A DNA stretch of 64,000 bases from an uncultured delta proteobacterium (GTDB taxonomy: Bacteria; Desulfobacterota; Binatia; HRBIN30; BPIQ01): contig CAVXGR010000013.1 of the NCBI GenBank assembly GCA_963761335.1, positions 160,001-224,000 of the forward strand. The letters are read 5' to 3'. Positions 43,985-53,985 of the stretch are shown piece after piece. Positions within the stretch are counted from its first letter, which is position 1; every line of letters starts with the position of its first letter. A model generated the notes under the pieces. It had not been told where the DNA came from and ran no database searches. It was given only the letters and a program-made list of their open reading frames with translations. Made by a program: the position numbers and the translations under genes.

Positions 43985-44386
43985 ATGGCAGAACACGAAA
44001 TCACTCCCAAGGACAAGCAGGAATTGAGGTCGGATGCCGAATCGACGATGCCGACGCGTACGTACACACCCCACGTCGACATCTACGAGACCGAAGCGGC
44101 GATCGTGCTCGCCGCCGACATGCCGGGCGTGGCGCCGCCGGACGTCACCGTCGACCTGCACAATCACCGCCTGCTGCTCGAAGGGCGAATCACCACGAAC
44201 GAGTACGACGGGCTGAGCCCGCTCTACACCGAGTTCAACGTCGGTCCGTTCCGCCGTGAGTTCGAGCTCGGCGAGGAGATCGACAGCGGCAAGATCAGCG
44301 CCAAGATGGCCGACGGTGTGCTCACCGTGACCTTGCCAAAGGCCGCCCGCGTGCGTCCTCGAAAGATCGAGATCGCCACCTCGTAA
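43985..44386 (+). CDS. Small heat shock protein (Hsp20)
   Basis: PHVDIYET, ADMPGV, FRREF, AKMADGVLTVTLPK. Confidence 0.93.
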   Translation: MAEHEITPKDKQELRSDAESTMPTRTYTPHVDIYETEAAIVLAADMPGVAPPDVTVDLHNHRLLLEGRITTNEYDGLSPLYTEFNVGPFRREFELGEEIDSGKISAKMADGVLTVTLPKAARVRPRKIEIATS

Positions 44387-44547
44387 CCGCAAAGGGGACC
44401 GGCGACTCTTGCCCCACGAAGTCCCGCGAGAGTAACGTTCGGACTCACAAGAGTCGCCCGTCTCCGCCCTGGTGAAGCGCCGCACGCCGTGGTACGTGGG
44501 CCGGCGAGAGGGTGGTCAGACACCGCCCCCGCAGGTCGCAAGCAGAT

Positions 44548-45651
44548 ATGGCAAGAAGGCGCGTGGCGCTCGTCGGCGGGGGCACTGCCGGCCACGTCTC
44601 ACCCGCGCTGGCGATCGCCGACACCTACCGCAACACATTTCCCGACGTCGACATTCTGTTCCTCGGCACGGCGGAGGGAATGGAAGGACGTCTGATACCG
44701 CCTCTTGGCCACCGCCTCGAGCTGATTCCCGGTGCGCCGCTCTTCGGTGCCGGCGCCGGTGACAAGGTGCGCGCCTTCCGCTCGCTGGGCTCCGGCATCG
44801 TCGAGGCGCGCCGGCGGCTGCAGGCACACGGCAGTCGTCTGGTCATCGGCCTGGGCGGCTACGCCTCCGCAGGTGCCGTCCTCGCCGGCCGCAGCCTGCG
44901 CCTGGGCACGGTCATTCACGAATCGAACGCCGTGCCTGGGCTCGCCAACCGCATGCTCGGCCCCTTCGTCGACTGTGTGTATCTCGGCTTCGAGGACGCC
45001 CGCCGCCGACTCTCCGCCCGGCGCATACAGGTAACCGGCATCCCCGTCCGCGCCGAGATCGCCGCCGGCCGGGGGCTCGCCCGCGCTCTACCTGCCGCCG
45101 GCGACCCTCTCCACCTGCTGGTTCTGGGCGGCTCGCAAGGCGCGCCGTTCCTCAACTCCGCGGTACCCGATCTGGCGCGCTGGCTGCTTTCCGCGGGGCT
45201 GCGCCTGCAGCTTCACCACCAGGCCGGCGACTTCGATCCGCAGCCGGTGCGCGCCGCCTACGCCCGTGCCGGGATCGATGCCGTGGTGGAACCGTACATC
45301 GCCGACATGGCGAGCGCCTACGGAGACGCGCATTTTGCGATCACCCGCTCCGGAGCGGCCACCCTGGCCGAGCTGGCGGCCAGTGGCCTCCCCTCTCTGG
45401 TCGTGCCGCTGCCCAACTGCGCCGCCGATCACCAGACGGCCAACGCCATCGCCTTCGCCGCAACGGGCGGCGGACAGTGGGTTGCCGAGAGTCGCTGGGA
45501 TCCGGTGGACCTCGCCGGTCGTATCGCCTCCCTGCTCCGCGACCGCACCGCCTGGGATGCCGCCTCGCAGGCCGCCCGCCGCTTCGACACTCCGGACTCC
45601 GCGGAGCGCGTCGTCGCCGCTTGCGAGGCGTTGATGCGCGGGCGCTGGTAG
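44548..45651 (+). CDS. murG: MurG-family glycosyltransferase (GT28), outside a dcw cluster
   Basis: GGGTAGH, GGYAS, HESNAVPGLANR, GGSQGA, RSGAATLAEL, DHQTANA. Confidence 0.85.
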   Translation: MARRRVALVGGGTAGHVSPALAIADTYRNTFPDVDILFLGTAEGMEGRLIPPLGHRLELIPGAPLFGAGAGDKVRAFRSLGSGIVEARRRLQAHGSRLVIGLGGYASAGAVLAGRSLRLGTVIHESNAVPGLANRMLGPFVDCVYLGFEDARRRLSARRIQVTGIPVRAEIAAGRGLARALPAAGDPLHLLVLGGSQGAPFLNSAVPDLARWLLSAGLRLQLHHQAGDFDPQPVRAAYARAGIDAVVEPYIADMASAYGDAHFAITRSGAATLAELAASGLPSLVVPLPNCAADHQTANAIAFAATGGGQWVAESRWDPVDLAGRIASLLRDRTAWDAASQAARRFDTPDSAERVVAACEALMRGRW

Positions 45652-45677
45652 CCCCCTTTGCGCCTGAGCTGGCCGCT

Positions 45678-48629
45678 CTACTCCAGCGCCTCCCAATCGA
45701 TCTGCCAGGTCTGCACGCGCGTGCCGGCGGCGGAGCGCTCGTCGATCTTATGGAAGTAGCGACAGTAGCGCCCGTCCAGATAGAGAAGCTGCACCAGTGT
45801 CGAGCGGATCAGCGCCGGCAGGCCGATGGCGATTCGCTGGTTGGCAAGATCGATGAGCACACCGATCTCGGGATGGTCCGGCTCCGGCAGCGACGCCTGC
45901 CGCAGCTCGTCGGCGGCCACGACCACCGACGCCGCGGTCGCCGGCTCGGCTCTGGCCGCCAGCTCTTCGCCCGTGCGCCGGCGCACCAGCAGCTGCCCGA
46001 GCTCCGGCGCGCCGGGATTGAAGACAAAGGCATCGAGCATGCTTGCCTCGGCGCCAATCGACTGCCCGATGGGACAGACCACACGCTGGCCGCCGGCGGC
46101 GGCGCGGCAGGATATCCACGACGAGAGGCGAGCGCCCGACGGCGTCAGCGGGCGAATCTCCGGCAGAGTGCCTATGCCCCGCCGCTCGGCGCTGGCGGCG
46201 AATTCGGCGAACGCCTCCGGCTGCGTATAGCGAAGTCGCCGCATGAGCCTGGAGAGCGTCTCCATCCCGGAGCCGCCGCCGCTCTGCGCCAGCCACTCGT
46301 CGCGCATGTCCCAGCTGCCCAGACGGATCAGGATGTCGGGCGACTGCAGCTGCTCGTCGCTGATCACCAGGTACGCGGGCCGTGGCCGGCAGTGGGTCGA
46401 CTGAAGTACGGCGTCTTGCTGCGCAGCCGTGAAGCCGCGCCGCTGCAGATACGAGCGCGCCTCGTCCTTCGATAGCTTCGCCAGATCGGCGACCACGGCG
46501 TACGCCATCACCTCATCTCCGACGGCGGCAACGGCTCTGGCGTAGGCGCCGCGGCGGCCTTCCGGCAGAGGTCGCGCATCCGAGCCGCAGTCGAGCATGC
46601 GCAGCAGCCCGGCACTCTCCCGCTCGCTTCCGGACAGGAGCGCCCGTGCCATCCAGGGATGCACGCGGATCTGCAAGCTGGCGCCGTCCGCGGTCACCGG
46701 CCGCTCGGCCACGTACTTCACCCAGTAGCCGTAATCCCACCAGGTATTCACGAGAGCATCCGCGGGCGTGTGGTCGCGAATGTTCTCGAGCGCCTGCCAC
46801 CAGGCATCGTTCATCGCCGGGATGTCGGCTTCCGCGACCGACACGGCGAGGCGCAGCGGTGGGATGAGAAGCAGTGCCATGCCGCCGAAGAGCGCCGCTC
46901 CCACGAAGCGGTATGGCGTCGCCCTTGCGGGCGCGATCACCCCTCGCATCCATGCGCAGAGACAGCCGCCGGCCGCGGCGGCGGCGACACCAAAGGGGGG
47001 CGCCATCAGCAACAGGAAGCGGATGGCGTCGACGCCCCACCAGGCGCCGGCACCGCACCAGGCGAGCAGCAGCACAGCGGCGCTGCGCCGCGCTGCTCCC
47101 GGGCGCGGCGAGCGATCGAAGATGTACGCCAGCGCCGCCAACAGCGGCGGCACCACCAACCCTGCCAAAAAGGCGGTGCGACCGAGCTCGGCTCGGCTCG
47201 CCACCCAGGCGACCGCCGCGGCGCCGACAAGCAGAACGAGCCAGTGCACGGGCCGCCAGCGGCGCCGCGGCAGCAGCAGAAAGGTCGGCCCGAGAAAGGC
47301 GGCGGCGAAGACGAGCATTCCGCCCAATGCCTCGACCATGCGGCCCAGAGTCGGCGTCTTCAGCTCTTCCACCGTGGAGAACATGCTCGGCCACCCGGGC
47401 TTCCAATCCGCCGAGCCCGTACCGGAACCCGTCGCCGAACCCTCTGCCGCACCCGTAGCCGCCGGGGCCGCGCTCCTCCCGATTCCCACGGCCGCGGCCA
47501 CCCCCCGCCAGCCACCGCTCGCAAGCCGAGAAAAGGCGCCGGGATTGCCGATCAGCACCGCCAGGAGTGCGCTCGCAACGACGAAGACGGCAGCCACCTC
47601 GACCGCATGGCGTGCCGGGCGCGAGTGCCACAGGCGGATGGTCCCCTGGCGCACGCCATGGCGGAGCGCATGCATGAGCCCCGCCGCCCCCAGTCCGGCG
47701 ACAGCGGCCATCGGGGTGAACAACCATCCCGCCCAGGTGGCGGCGTGGAGAGCCGCAAAGAATCCAGCCACCGTCGCCCAGAGTAGGCGACGCGGGCGGC
47801 GCGGCGCGGCCAGCGCTTCGACGACCGCCCAGACGACGAACAGCGGCAGGACCGTGTTCCAGGCATCGTTGTCGGCGCCGATGCCGCGGCTCAACAGCAC
47901 CGACGGCGTGGCGGTGAGCGCCGCGGCAAAGAGGCCGGCCAGATCGCCCGCCAGTCTGCGGCCGAGAAAGAAGGCCGGAATTACACCGAGGGCGACGACA
48001 ATCACCGGCACCCAGTAAGCGCTGGCGGGAAGCGGATGGCGGGGATCGAAGAGAGAGAACAGCCGGTGTACCGCAACGATCGCGGCGATGTGGAGCGAGC
48101 GGCTGTACTGCATCTCCGCACCCACGGGGGCGTCGGTATAGGTGTCGCGGCACACCCCGCCGACCACCTCGTCGCACGTGGTTCCGTGCCGCAGGAAATT
48201 ACGCGCTGAGCGCAGCCAGGAGTAGCTGTCGGAGCCGGGAAGATAGACGTACGAGCGGCCGTCGGCGCCCGGATAGCGCAGCAGATCGCGGAGCTGCTCC
48301 GACAGCTCGCCGCGGCGCTCCTCGTAGAGGGCGCGGTTGGCGGCGATCCACTGTGTGGTGCGCGCCTCCAGCGCCGCCTCCCATCTGCCGCGCTCGATCT
48401 GGCGCGGCAGAGTGCGCGCCAGATCGGGCGCCAGCCGGTTGGCAATCTCGCGCCGCATGAAGGCATCGGCGCGCTTGTCCGTCTCGCGCAGCTGCAGCGG
48501 CAGGAGCCAGATCCATATCACCAGAGCCATCACCGCGCCGATCAGTAGCCACGGGAGCAATGCTCGGCGACGCCGCCGGGTCGACTTTCCGCCGCGGCCG
48601 CCCGGCGCCGTTCCGGATTCGCTTGCCAT
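45678..48629 (-). CDS. STT3/AglB/PglB-family oligosaccharyltransferase
   Basis: Multi-TM N-terminal region with DSY, DND (DxD) and TVEE motifs; soluble C-terminal domain with WWDYG. Confidence 0.88.
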   Translation of the reverse strand: MASESGTAPGGRGGKSTRRRRRALLPWLLIGAVMALVIWIWLLPLQLRETDKRADAFMRREIANRLAPDLARTLPRQIERGRWEAALEARTTQWIAANRALYEERRGELSEQLRDLLRYPGADGRSYVYLPGSDSYSWLRSARNFLRHGTTCDEVVGGVCRDTYTDAPVGAEMQYSRSLHIAAIVAVHRLFSLFDPRHPLPASAYWVPVIVVALGVIPAFFLGRRLAGDLAGLFAAALTATPSVLLSRGIGADNDAWNTVLPLFVVWAVVEALAAPRRPRRLLWATVAGFFAALHAATWAGWLFTPMAAVAGLGAAGLMHALRHGVRQGTIRLWHSRPARHAVEVAAVFVVASALLAVLIGNPGAFSRLASGGWRGVAAAVGIGRSAAPAATGAAEGSATGSGTGSADWKPGWPSMFSTVEELKTPTLGRMVEALGGMLVFAAAFLGPTFLLLPRRRWRPVHWLVLLVGAAAVAWVASRAELGRTAFLAGLVVPPLLAALAYIFDRSPRPGAARRSAAVLLLAWCGAGAWWGVDAIRFLLLMAPPFGVAAAAAGGCLCAWMRGVIAPARATPYRFVGAALFGGMALLLIPPLRLAVSVAEADIPAMNDAWWQALENIRDHTPADALVNTWWDYGYWVKYVAERPVTADGASLQIRVHPWMARALLSGSERESAGLLRMLDCGSDARPLPEGRRGAYARAVAAVGDEVMAYAVVADLAKLSKDEARSYLQRRGFTAAQQDAVLQSTHCRPRPAYLVISDEQLQSPDILIRLGSWDMRDEWLAQSGGGSGMETLSRLMRRLRYTQPEAFAEFAASAERRGIGTLPEIRPLTPSGARLSSWISCRAAAGGQRVVCPIGQSIGAEASMLDAFVFNPGAPELGQLLVRRRTGEELAARAEPATAASVVVAADELRQASLPEPDHPEIGVLIDLANQRIAIGLPALIRSTLVQLLYLDGRYCRYFHKIDERSAAGTRVQTWQIDWEALE

Positions 48630-48701
48630 AGAGAAATCGCGCGCAGGCTACGCCATGCCGCCAGCGCAGACAACGTCTCCCAGAGACAGATAGGACAATC
48701 C

Positions 48702-48772
48702 TCACGCAACGACGCTACGGCGCAACGCCGTGTTCCGGAGATTCCGCATTGCGTCGTAGCGCCGTTGCGTGA
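48702..48772. repeat. 24-bp imperfect inverted repeat built from 8-nt units
   Basis: TCACGCAACGACGCTACGGCGCAA ... TTGCGTCGTAGCGCCGTTGCGTGA (22/24 complementary). Confidence 0.85.
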
Positions 48773-48874
48773 ACGAGCCTTCTTTGCCTCCTTAGCCGAT
48801 CGCAGCGGAGAAGCAGAGCGGCTCTGATTGCCGCTTGCCTTCCACCTCTGCCGCCGGATATCTCGTGGGAATCG

Positions 48875-50017
48875 ATGCGCCCGACAAGTTTCGTTTGCCG
48901 ATCGCTGCCCTACGCGTTCGTCGCCGTTCTCGCCTGCGTCGCGGTCCCGCACGCGCACGCCGGCACCACAGCGGCGGTGTGCGCTGGCGACTGCAACAGC
49001 GACGGCACAGTCAGCCCGGTGGAGCTCCTCCAGGGGATCGGAACGATCTTCGATCCGACCACCCTCGACGCCTGCAGCGCCTTTCAGAGCCAACAGGGCG
49101 CCATTCCCGGCAGTGCCGACCTGCTGCTGGCAGTGCGACACGCCGGCGAGGGATGCCTGCCCTTCGTCGCCCCCTTCGGCGTCTACCGCACCTATCCCGG
49201 CTTCGACGTCGAGCTCCCGGTGCCGGGGGTCGATCCCGACCGGGGCCCGCTCGTCTACTCGACCCCCGGGCTGCCCGATGGCGCCCTGCTCGACCCGAAT
49301 CTGGGAATCCTTTCCTGGACGCCGAGCATCGACCAGCTCGGGCCCTTCTATTTTCCCGTCGACGTGGCCCGAAGCGGCACGCCGGAGGTGTCGACCCAGG
49401 GCACGGTCACCTTCAAGATCCTGCCACCCGACACTTGCGTCGACCCCAACTGCGATCCCGCCGCCGGCTGCTCGCCGGCGCTCTTACCCCTGGATCAGCT
49501 CTGCTGCGGCGATTTCGGAGGGCAGGATCCCGAGCTCCGCGTCGCCGAGCCCCTTTTCACGGAATGCCCGCAGGGGCGCGTGCTCTTCGTCGGACGCAAC
49601 CGCAACGGCACCGGCTTTGGTCGGATGCGCAATTGCGACCGAATCCAGATCCTCGGCGGCGGGCAAACTCAGAAGCTCATCCAATTCAACATCGAAGCTC
49701 GCTGCATGCCGATCCTCCCCATGCCACTGATCCTTACGGTGAAGATGACAGCGCAGTTGACGGAAACCTCGACCTTGGATTTCCCGACCTACTCAGCCTA
49801 CTTTTCGCCGCAGCTTTGCCCCAGGGATGACGGTACCGGATTCGGGTATAAGAAAGGACTTGCCTACCCCCTGCCGGGCGCGGTTCCCGAGCTCGAGGGG
49901 AAGGAGGCCGAATTGACGGTGACGCTTCAGGATCGCACCAATCTCGACGTGAGCGTAACCCGCAAGTTGCGCGTCATCCTGACGCACCAGGACATTCCCT
50001 CCCTGCCTGATCTCTGA
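48875..50017 (+). CDS. Secreted protein: dockerin-like N-terminus, putative Ig (He_PIG-like) domain, Cys-rich region; paralogue 1
   Basis: Signal peptide ending AHA; CAGDCNSDGTVSPVEL; GLPDGALLDPNLGILSWTP. Confidence 0.8.
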   Translation: MRPTSFVCRSLPYAFVAVLACVAVPHAHAGTTAAVCAGDCNSDGTVSPVELLQGIGTIFDPTTLDACSAFQSQQGAIPGSADLLLAVRHAGEGCLPFVAPFGVYRTYPGFDVELPVPGVDPDRGPLVYSTPGLPDGALLDPNLGILSWTPSIDQLGPFYFPVDVARSGTPEVSTQGTVTFKILPPDTCVDPNCDPAAGCSPALLPLDQLCCGDFGGQDPELRVAEPLFTECPQGRVLFVGRNRNGTGFGRMRNCDRIQILGGGQTQKLIQFNIEARCMPILPMPLILTVKMTAQLTETSTLDFPTYSAYFSPQLCPRDDGTGFGYKKGLAYPLPGAVPELEGKEAELTVTLQDRTNLDVSVTRKLRVILTHQDIPSLPDL

Positions 50018-50112
50018 TGAGGCAGCTTACCCGGCTGAGCTCGCTGATCGAAAGAAAAGTCGCCGCAGGGAGCAGAGACACAGAGTTGGCGCGGAGAAGA
50101 GCTGAAGGCCGG

Positions 50113-51246
50113 ATGTCTACGGCGATACGCCGAACTCGCCTGGTAGTATTTGCGGGCGCTGTCTTCTCTTTGCTGATCGCACTGCGCGCCGATGCCGGAA
50201 CGACGCCTGCGGCCTGCGCCGGCGACTGCAACGGCGACAGTATGGTCAGTCAGGCAGAGCTCCTGCAGGGCATCGGAACCATCTTCGATCCGGCAGGGCC
50301 CGACGCCTGCAGCGCCTTCCAGGCCCGGGGAGGCAGCGTCCCCGGAGTTGCCGAGTTGCTGCTCGCCGTGCGCCACGCCGGCGAGGGATGCGTCCCCTTC
50401 ATCGCCGACAACGGAGTGTACCGCACATATCCTGGGTTCGACGTCGAGCTGCCGGTGCCGGGCATCGATCCAGACCGGGGTCCGCTCGTCTATTCCTCCG
50501 ACGGATTGCCCGCTGGTGCTCAGCTCGATCCGCAGCTCGGGATCCTCTCCTGGACGCCCGGCATTGACCAGCTCGGGCCGTTCTACATTCCGATCGGCGT
50601 CGCACGAAGTGGAATGCCGGAGCTGTCCAACCAGGGCGTGGTCATCTTCAAGGTGATGCCGCCCGACACCTGCGTAGAACCCAACTGCAACCCCGCAACC
50701 GGCTGCTCTCCAACCCTCAGACCTCTGGAACAGACCTGCTGCAGCGATTTCACCGGGCAGGACCCAAATGTTCGCGTGGCCGAGCCGCTGGTTACCAGCT
50801 GTCCAGAGGGGCGCGTTCTGTTCATCGGGCGCAATATCAGCATCAGCAGCTTTGGCCGAATGCGCGATTGTGATCGTCTGCAAATCGTGGGCAGCGGGCA
50901 AAGCGGCAAACAAGTTCAATTCAACATTGAAGCACGCTGCATGCCCGTCCTCATGCCACTCACGTTGACCGTGAAAATGACAGCGCGGCTGACGGAGACC
51001 TCAAACCTCGATTTTCCATCCCGCGCGTTGTCTCCGATCGTTCTGATTCCACGGAGCGACGGCACAGGATTCAGCGACAAGAAACGGCTCGCATATCCGT
51101 TGCCGGGCGCCGCACCTGAGCTCGAGGGCATGGAGGCCGAGCTGACGGTGACGCTCGCCGACCCCAACAATCCGGACGCCAGCGCCAGCCGTTCATTGCG
51201 CGTCGTTCTGACTCACCAGGATATCCCCCTCTTGCCCGACCTGTGA
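50113..51246 (+). CDS. Secreted protein, tandem paralogue 2 of the preceding gene
   Basis: Colinear with 48875-50017 throughout (CAGDCNGD, YRTYPGFDVELPVPG, QFNIEARCMP, LTHQDIP.LPDL). Confidence 0.8.
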   Translation: MSTAIRRTRLVVFAGAVFSLLIALRADAGTTPAACAGDCNGDSMVSQAELLQGIGTIFDPAGPDACSAFQARGGSVPGVAELLLAVRHAGEGCVPFIADNGVYRTYPGFDVELPVPGIDPDRGPLVYSSDGLPAGAQLDPQLGILSWTPGIDQLGPFYIPIGVARSGMPELSNQGVVIFKVMPPDTCVEPNCNPATGCSPTLRPLEQTCCSDFTGQDPNVRVAEPLVTSCPEGRVLFIGRNISISSFGRMRDCDRLQIVGSGQSGKQVQFNIEARCMPVLMPLTLTVKMTARLTETSNLDFPSRALSPIVLIPRSDGTGFSDKKRLAYPLPGAAPELEGMEAELTVTLADPNNPDASASRSLRVVLTHQDIPLLPDL

Positions 51247-51248
51247 AG

Positions 51249-51337
51249 AGGCAGGTTGTTGGTTGTGGAGTTGTTAGGTTACTGGGTAAAGCGCACCCGC
51301 CCAACAGCGCAACAACCAACAACCTAACAACTTGCCT
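51249..51337. repeat. Intergenic inverted repeat of GTTGTTGG/CCAACAAC-type units between convergent genes
   Basis: 51253-51266 pairs perfectly with 51312-51325; 51269-51280 pairs with 51321-51332. Confidence 0.8.
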
Positions 51338-53983
51338 TCACTGCGCGGTGTACATGAATCGCCGGATCCGATTGTTCCCGGTGTCGGCGACAAAGGCTTC
51401 GCCTTCGCGGGAGACGGCGATGCCGCTGGGATTGTCGAGCTGCGCCTCGGTGGGCGCGATGCCGTCGCCGTTGAACCCGGCCACGCCGGTGCCGGCCACG
51501 GTGGTGACCGAGATGCCGAAGGGGTCGATGCGGCGGATGGCGTTGTTGCCGCTGTCCGCCACCCACACGGCGTGATCGAAGGTGGTGAACACGTCGGACG
51601 GATGGTTGAACATGGCATCGGCCGGCGCCCCGTCGAGGTAGCCCTGCTCGCCGTTGCCGGCCAGGGTGCGAATGCGGTCGGTGAACAGCTTGATCTCGCG
51701 CACGACGTTGTTGCCGGTGTCGGCGACGTAGAGCTCGTCGGGAATGAACTCCGAGCTGAGGCCGATGCCGAAGTTGGGCACCAGGGGCGTATCCAGATCG
51801 GCGGTGAACAGGGCGTCGGCCGGGCGGCCGCCATCGCCGGAGTAGCCCGCCTCGCCGGTGCCCGCCAGGGTGCTGAGCACCCCGTCGATCTTCACCTGGC
51901 GGAGCCGCTGGCAGCCCTGCTCGCTGAAGATGCGTGTGCCGTTGGGGAGCACCGCCACGCTGCGCGGTGAGGAGATGTTGGCGAGCAGTGGATCGGCCGG
52001 ATCATTGGTGCCGCAGCCCGGGCTGCCGGTGCCGGCCACCACCTCGCGGTCGCCGTTTGCCAGGTAGTGATAGACGTAGTGATCTCCCCAGCTGGCGACA
52101 TAGAAGGTACCGTCGCTGTCGAAGGCAACCCCGGTCGGGTACGGAAGTGCCCCCGGTCCCGAGGTCTCGCCGTTGCCGGCAATAGTGGTGATCACGCCGC
52201 TCACGGCGCTGATACTGCGAATGCGGTGGTTGCCGAAATCAACGATCACCAGCTCGCCGTGGGGGCCAACGGTGACGTCGAGCGGTTGATTCAGCTGGGC
52301 GCGCACCGCCGGGCCGCCGTCACCGCTGAAGCCGGCGATCCCGTTGCCGGCGATGGTGCTGATGCCGGCGCCGATCGGCGTCGGCGTCGGAGGTGTCGGC
52401 GTCGCCGGAGTGGGGCTCGACAGCGTCGGGGTGAGCGTCGGCGTGTGCGTCGGCGGCAGACTTCCGGTCACCGTCGGGGTCGGCGAATAAGTTGGAGTCG
52501 GGGTGACGTCGCTCAGGAACCCGGCGACCCGCCTCACGCGCTGGTTGAAGGTGTCGGCGATCCACATCGAGCCGTCGCCGGCGAACTTCAGGCCCGAGGG
52601 GCGGTTGAGCTTTGCTGCCGCCGCCGGCCCCTGATCGCCGGCGAAGCCGGAGACGCCGGTGCCGACCACGGTGGTGATCACGCCGTCGCCGTCGATGCGG
52701 CGGATGACGTTGTTGCCGGTGTCGGCGAGGTAGAGATTGCCGTCCGGTGCGAAGCGGAGATCGTAGGGGGCGTTCAGCTGAGCGCTCGACGCCGGACCGC
52801 CATCACCGCTGTAGCCGATGGTACCGGTGCCGGCATAGCTGGTGATGATACCGTCCTGGCCGACGCGGCGGATCTCGTGGTTGAGGGTGTCGCAGAAATA
52901 GAGGTTGCCGTCGCCGTCCAGCTGCAGCCGCGTCGGACTGTTCAGCTCCGCCGCCGTCGCCGGACCGCCGTCGCCGCTGAAGCCGCGCGTCCCGTTTCCG
53001 GCAACCGTGGTGATGATTCCGCTCGCGTTGACGTAGCGGATCACGTTGGCGTCGACGTCGGCGATGTAGAAGCCGCCCGACGGGTCGGGCAGCACGCCGA
53101 ACGGCGAGCTGAGCTCGGCCTGCAGCGCCGGACCGCCATCGCCCGAGTAGCCGTAGTTGATCCCTCCGGCGATGGTGAAGACATGCTCGTCGGTGTTGAC
53201 GCGGAAGACGACCGGGACGTGGTTGCCGGCGACGTACAGCCTCCCCTGGGTGTCGAACTCGATGTCGCTGGCGTGGTGCAGGGGCGTGTCCTGTTCCAGG
53301 GCACCGTCCGTCGGAAAGTCCTCGAAGCCGACGCCCATGACCGTCTGCACCGTGCCGTCGTCGTTGATCCGCCGCACTCGGAGATTGTTCCAGTCGATGA
53401 TCAGCGGCCGGCCCTGCGAGTCGAACTCCATCCCCAGGGGATAGTAGAAGGACGTCTGCAGTGCCGGTCGGCCGTCGCCGTCGAAGACCGACATGCCCGT
53501 ACCGGCCACGGTGCAGATTACCCCTTGCCGATCGCAAGGGTCGACCGCCGTCGGCACGACCGTCGGTGTCGGCGTGTAGGTGATCACATCGCCCGGCGAC
53601 ATCGTTGCCGTGCTCGTCACCGTCGGCGTCGGGCTCGGGGAGGGGAGAGGAGTAAACGTGGCGGTGGTCGGCGTCGGGGTGGGAAACGTCCGCACCGGCG
53701 TCGCCGTGATCGCCGCCGTCGCCGAGGCGGTCTCGCTCGCGGGCGGAGTGGCGGTGAGCGACGGGAGCGTCGCCGTGCTGCTGGGCGATGGAGTCGCCGA
53801 GCGGCTCGCCGCGGCGGTTGCGGTCGGAGACGGAGCGACGCCGGAGGTGGGCGACGGGGAGACGGCGACGGCGGCACTGCCGCCGCCGCCGGAACAACCC
53901 GCCATGACGGAAAAGAAAAAGGGAACGAGCGCCCGCCAGAACGCCGGGCGAAGCTGGGGGGCGCGACGCGGCGCGATCGACAT
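51338..53983 (-). CDS. NHL-repeat (beta-propeller) lipoprotein with Thr/Pro linkers
   Basis: Lipobox MAGC; many GFSGDGGPA..A.LN.P...YIADT.N..IR repeats. Confidence 0.87.
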   Translation of the reverse strand: MSIAPRRAPQLRPAFWRALVPFFFSVMAGCSGGGGSAAVAVSPSPTSGVAPSPTATAAASRSATPSPSSTATLPSLTATPPASETASATAAITATPVRTFPTPTPTTATFTPLPSPSPTPTVTSTATMSPGDVITYTPTPTVVPTAVDPCDRQGVICTVAGTGMSVFDGDGRPALQTSFYYPLGMEFDSQGRPLIIDWNNLRVRRINDDGTVQTVMGVGFEDFPTDGALEQDTPLHHASDIEFDTQGRLYVAGNHVPVVFRVNTDEHVFTIAGGINYGYSGDGGPALQAELSSPFGVLPDPSGGFYIADVDANVIRYVNASGIITTVAGNGTRGFSGDGGPATAAELNSPTRLQLDGDGNLYFCDTLNHEIRRVGQDGIITSYAGTGTIGYSGDGGPASSAQLNAPYDLRFAPDGNLYLADTGNNVIRRIDGDGVITTVVGTGVSGFAGDQGPAAAAKLNRPSGLKFAGDGSMWIADTFNQRVRRVAGFLSDVTPTPTYSPTPTVTGSLPPTHTPTLTPTLSSPTPATPTPPTPTPIGAGISTIAGNGIAGFSGDGGPAVRAQLNQPLDVTVGPHGELVIVDFGNHRIRSISAVSGVITTIAGNGETSGPGALPYPTGVAFDSDGTFYVASWGDHYVYHYLANGDREVVAGTGSPGCGTNDPADPLLANISSPRSVAVLPNGTRIFSEQGCQRLRQVKIDGVLSTLAGTGEAGYSGDGGRPADALFTADLDTPLVPNFGIGLSSEFIPDELYVADTGNNVVREIKLFTDRIRTLAGNGEQGYLDGAPADAMFNHPSDVFTTFDHAVWVADSGNNAIRRIDPFGISVTTVAGTGVAGFNGDGIAPTEAQLDNPSGIAVSREGEAFVADTGNNRIRRFMYTAQ

Positions 53984-53985
53984 CT

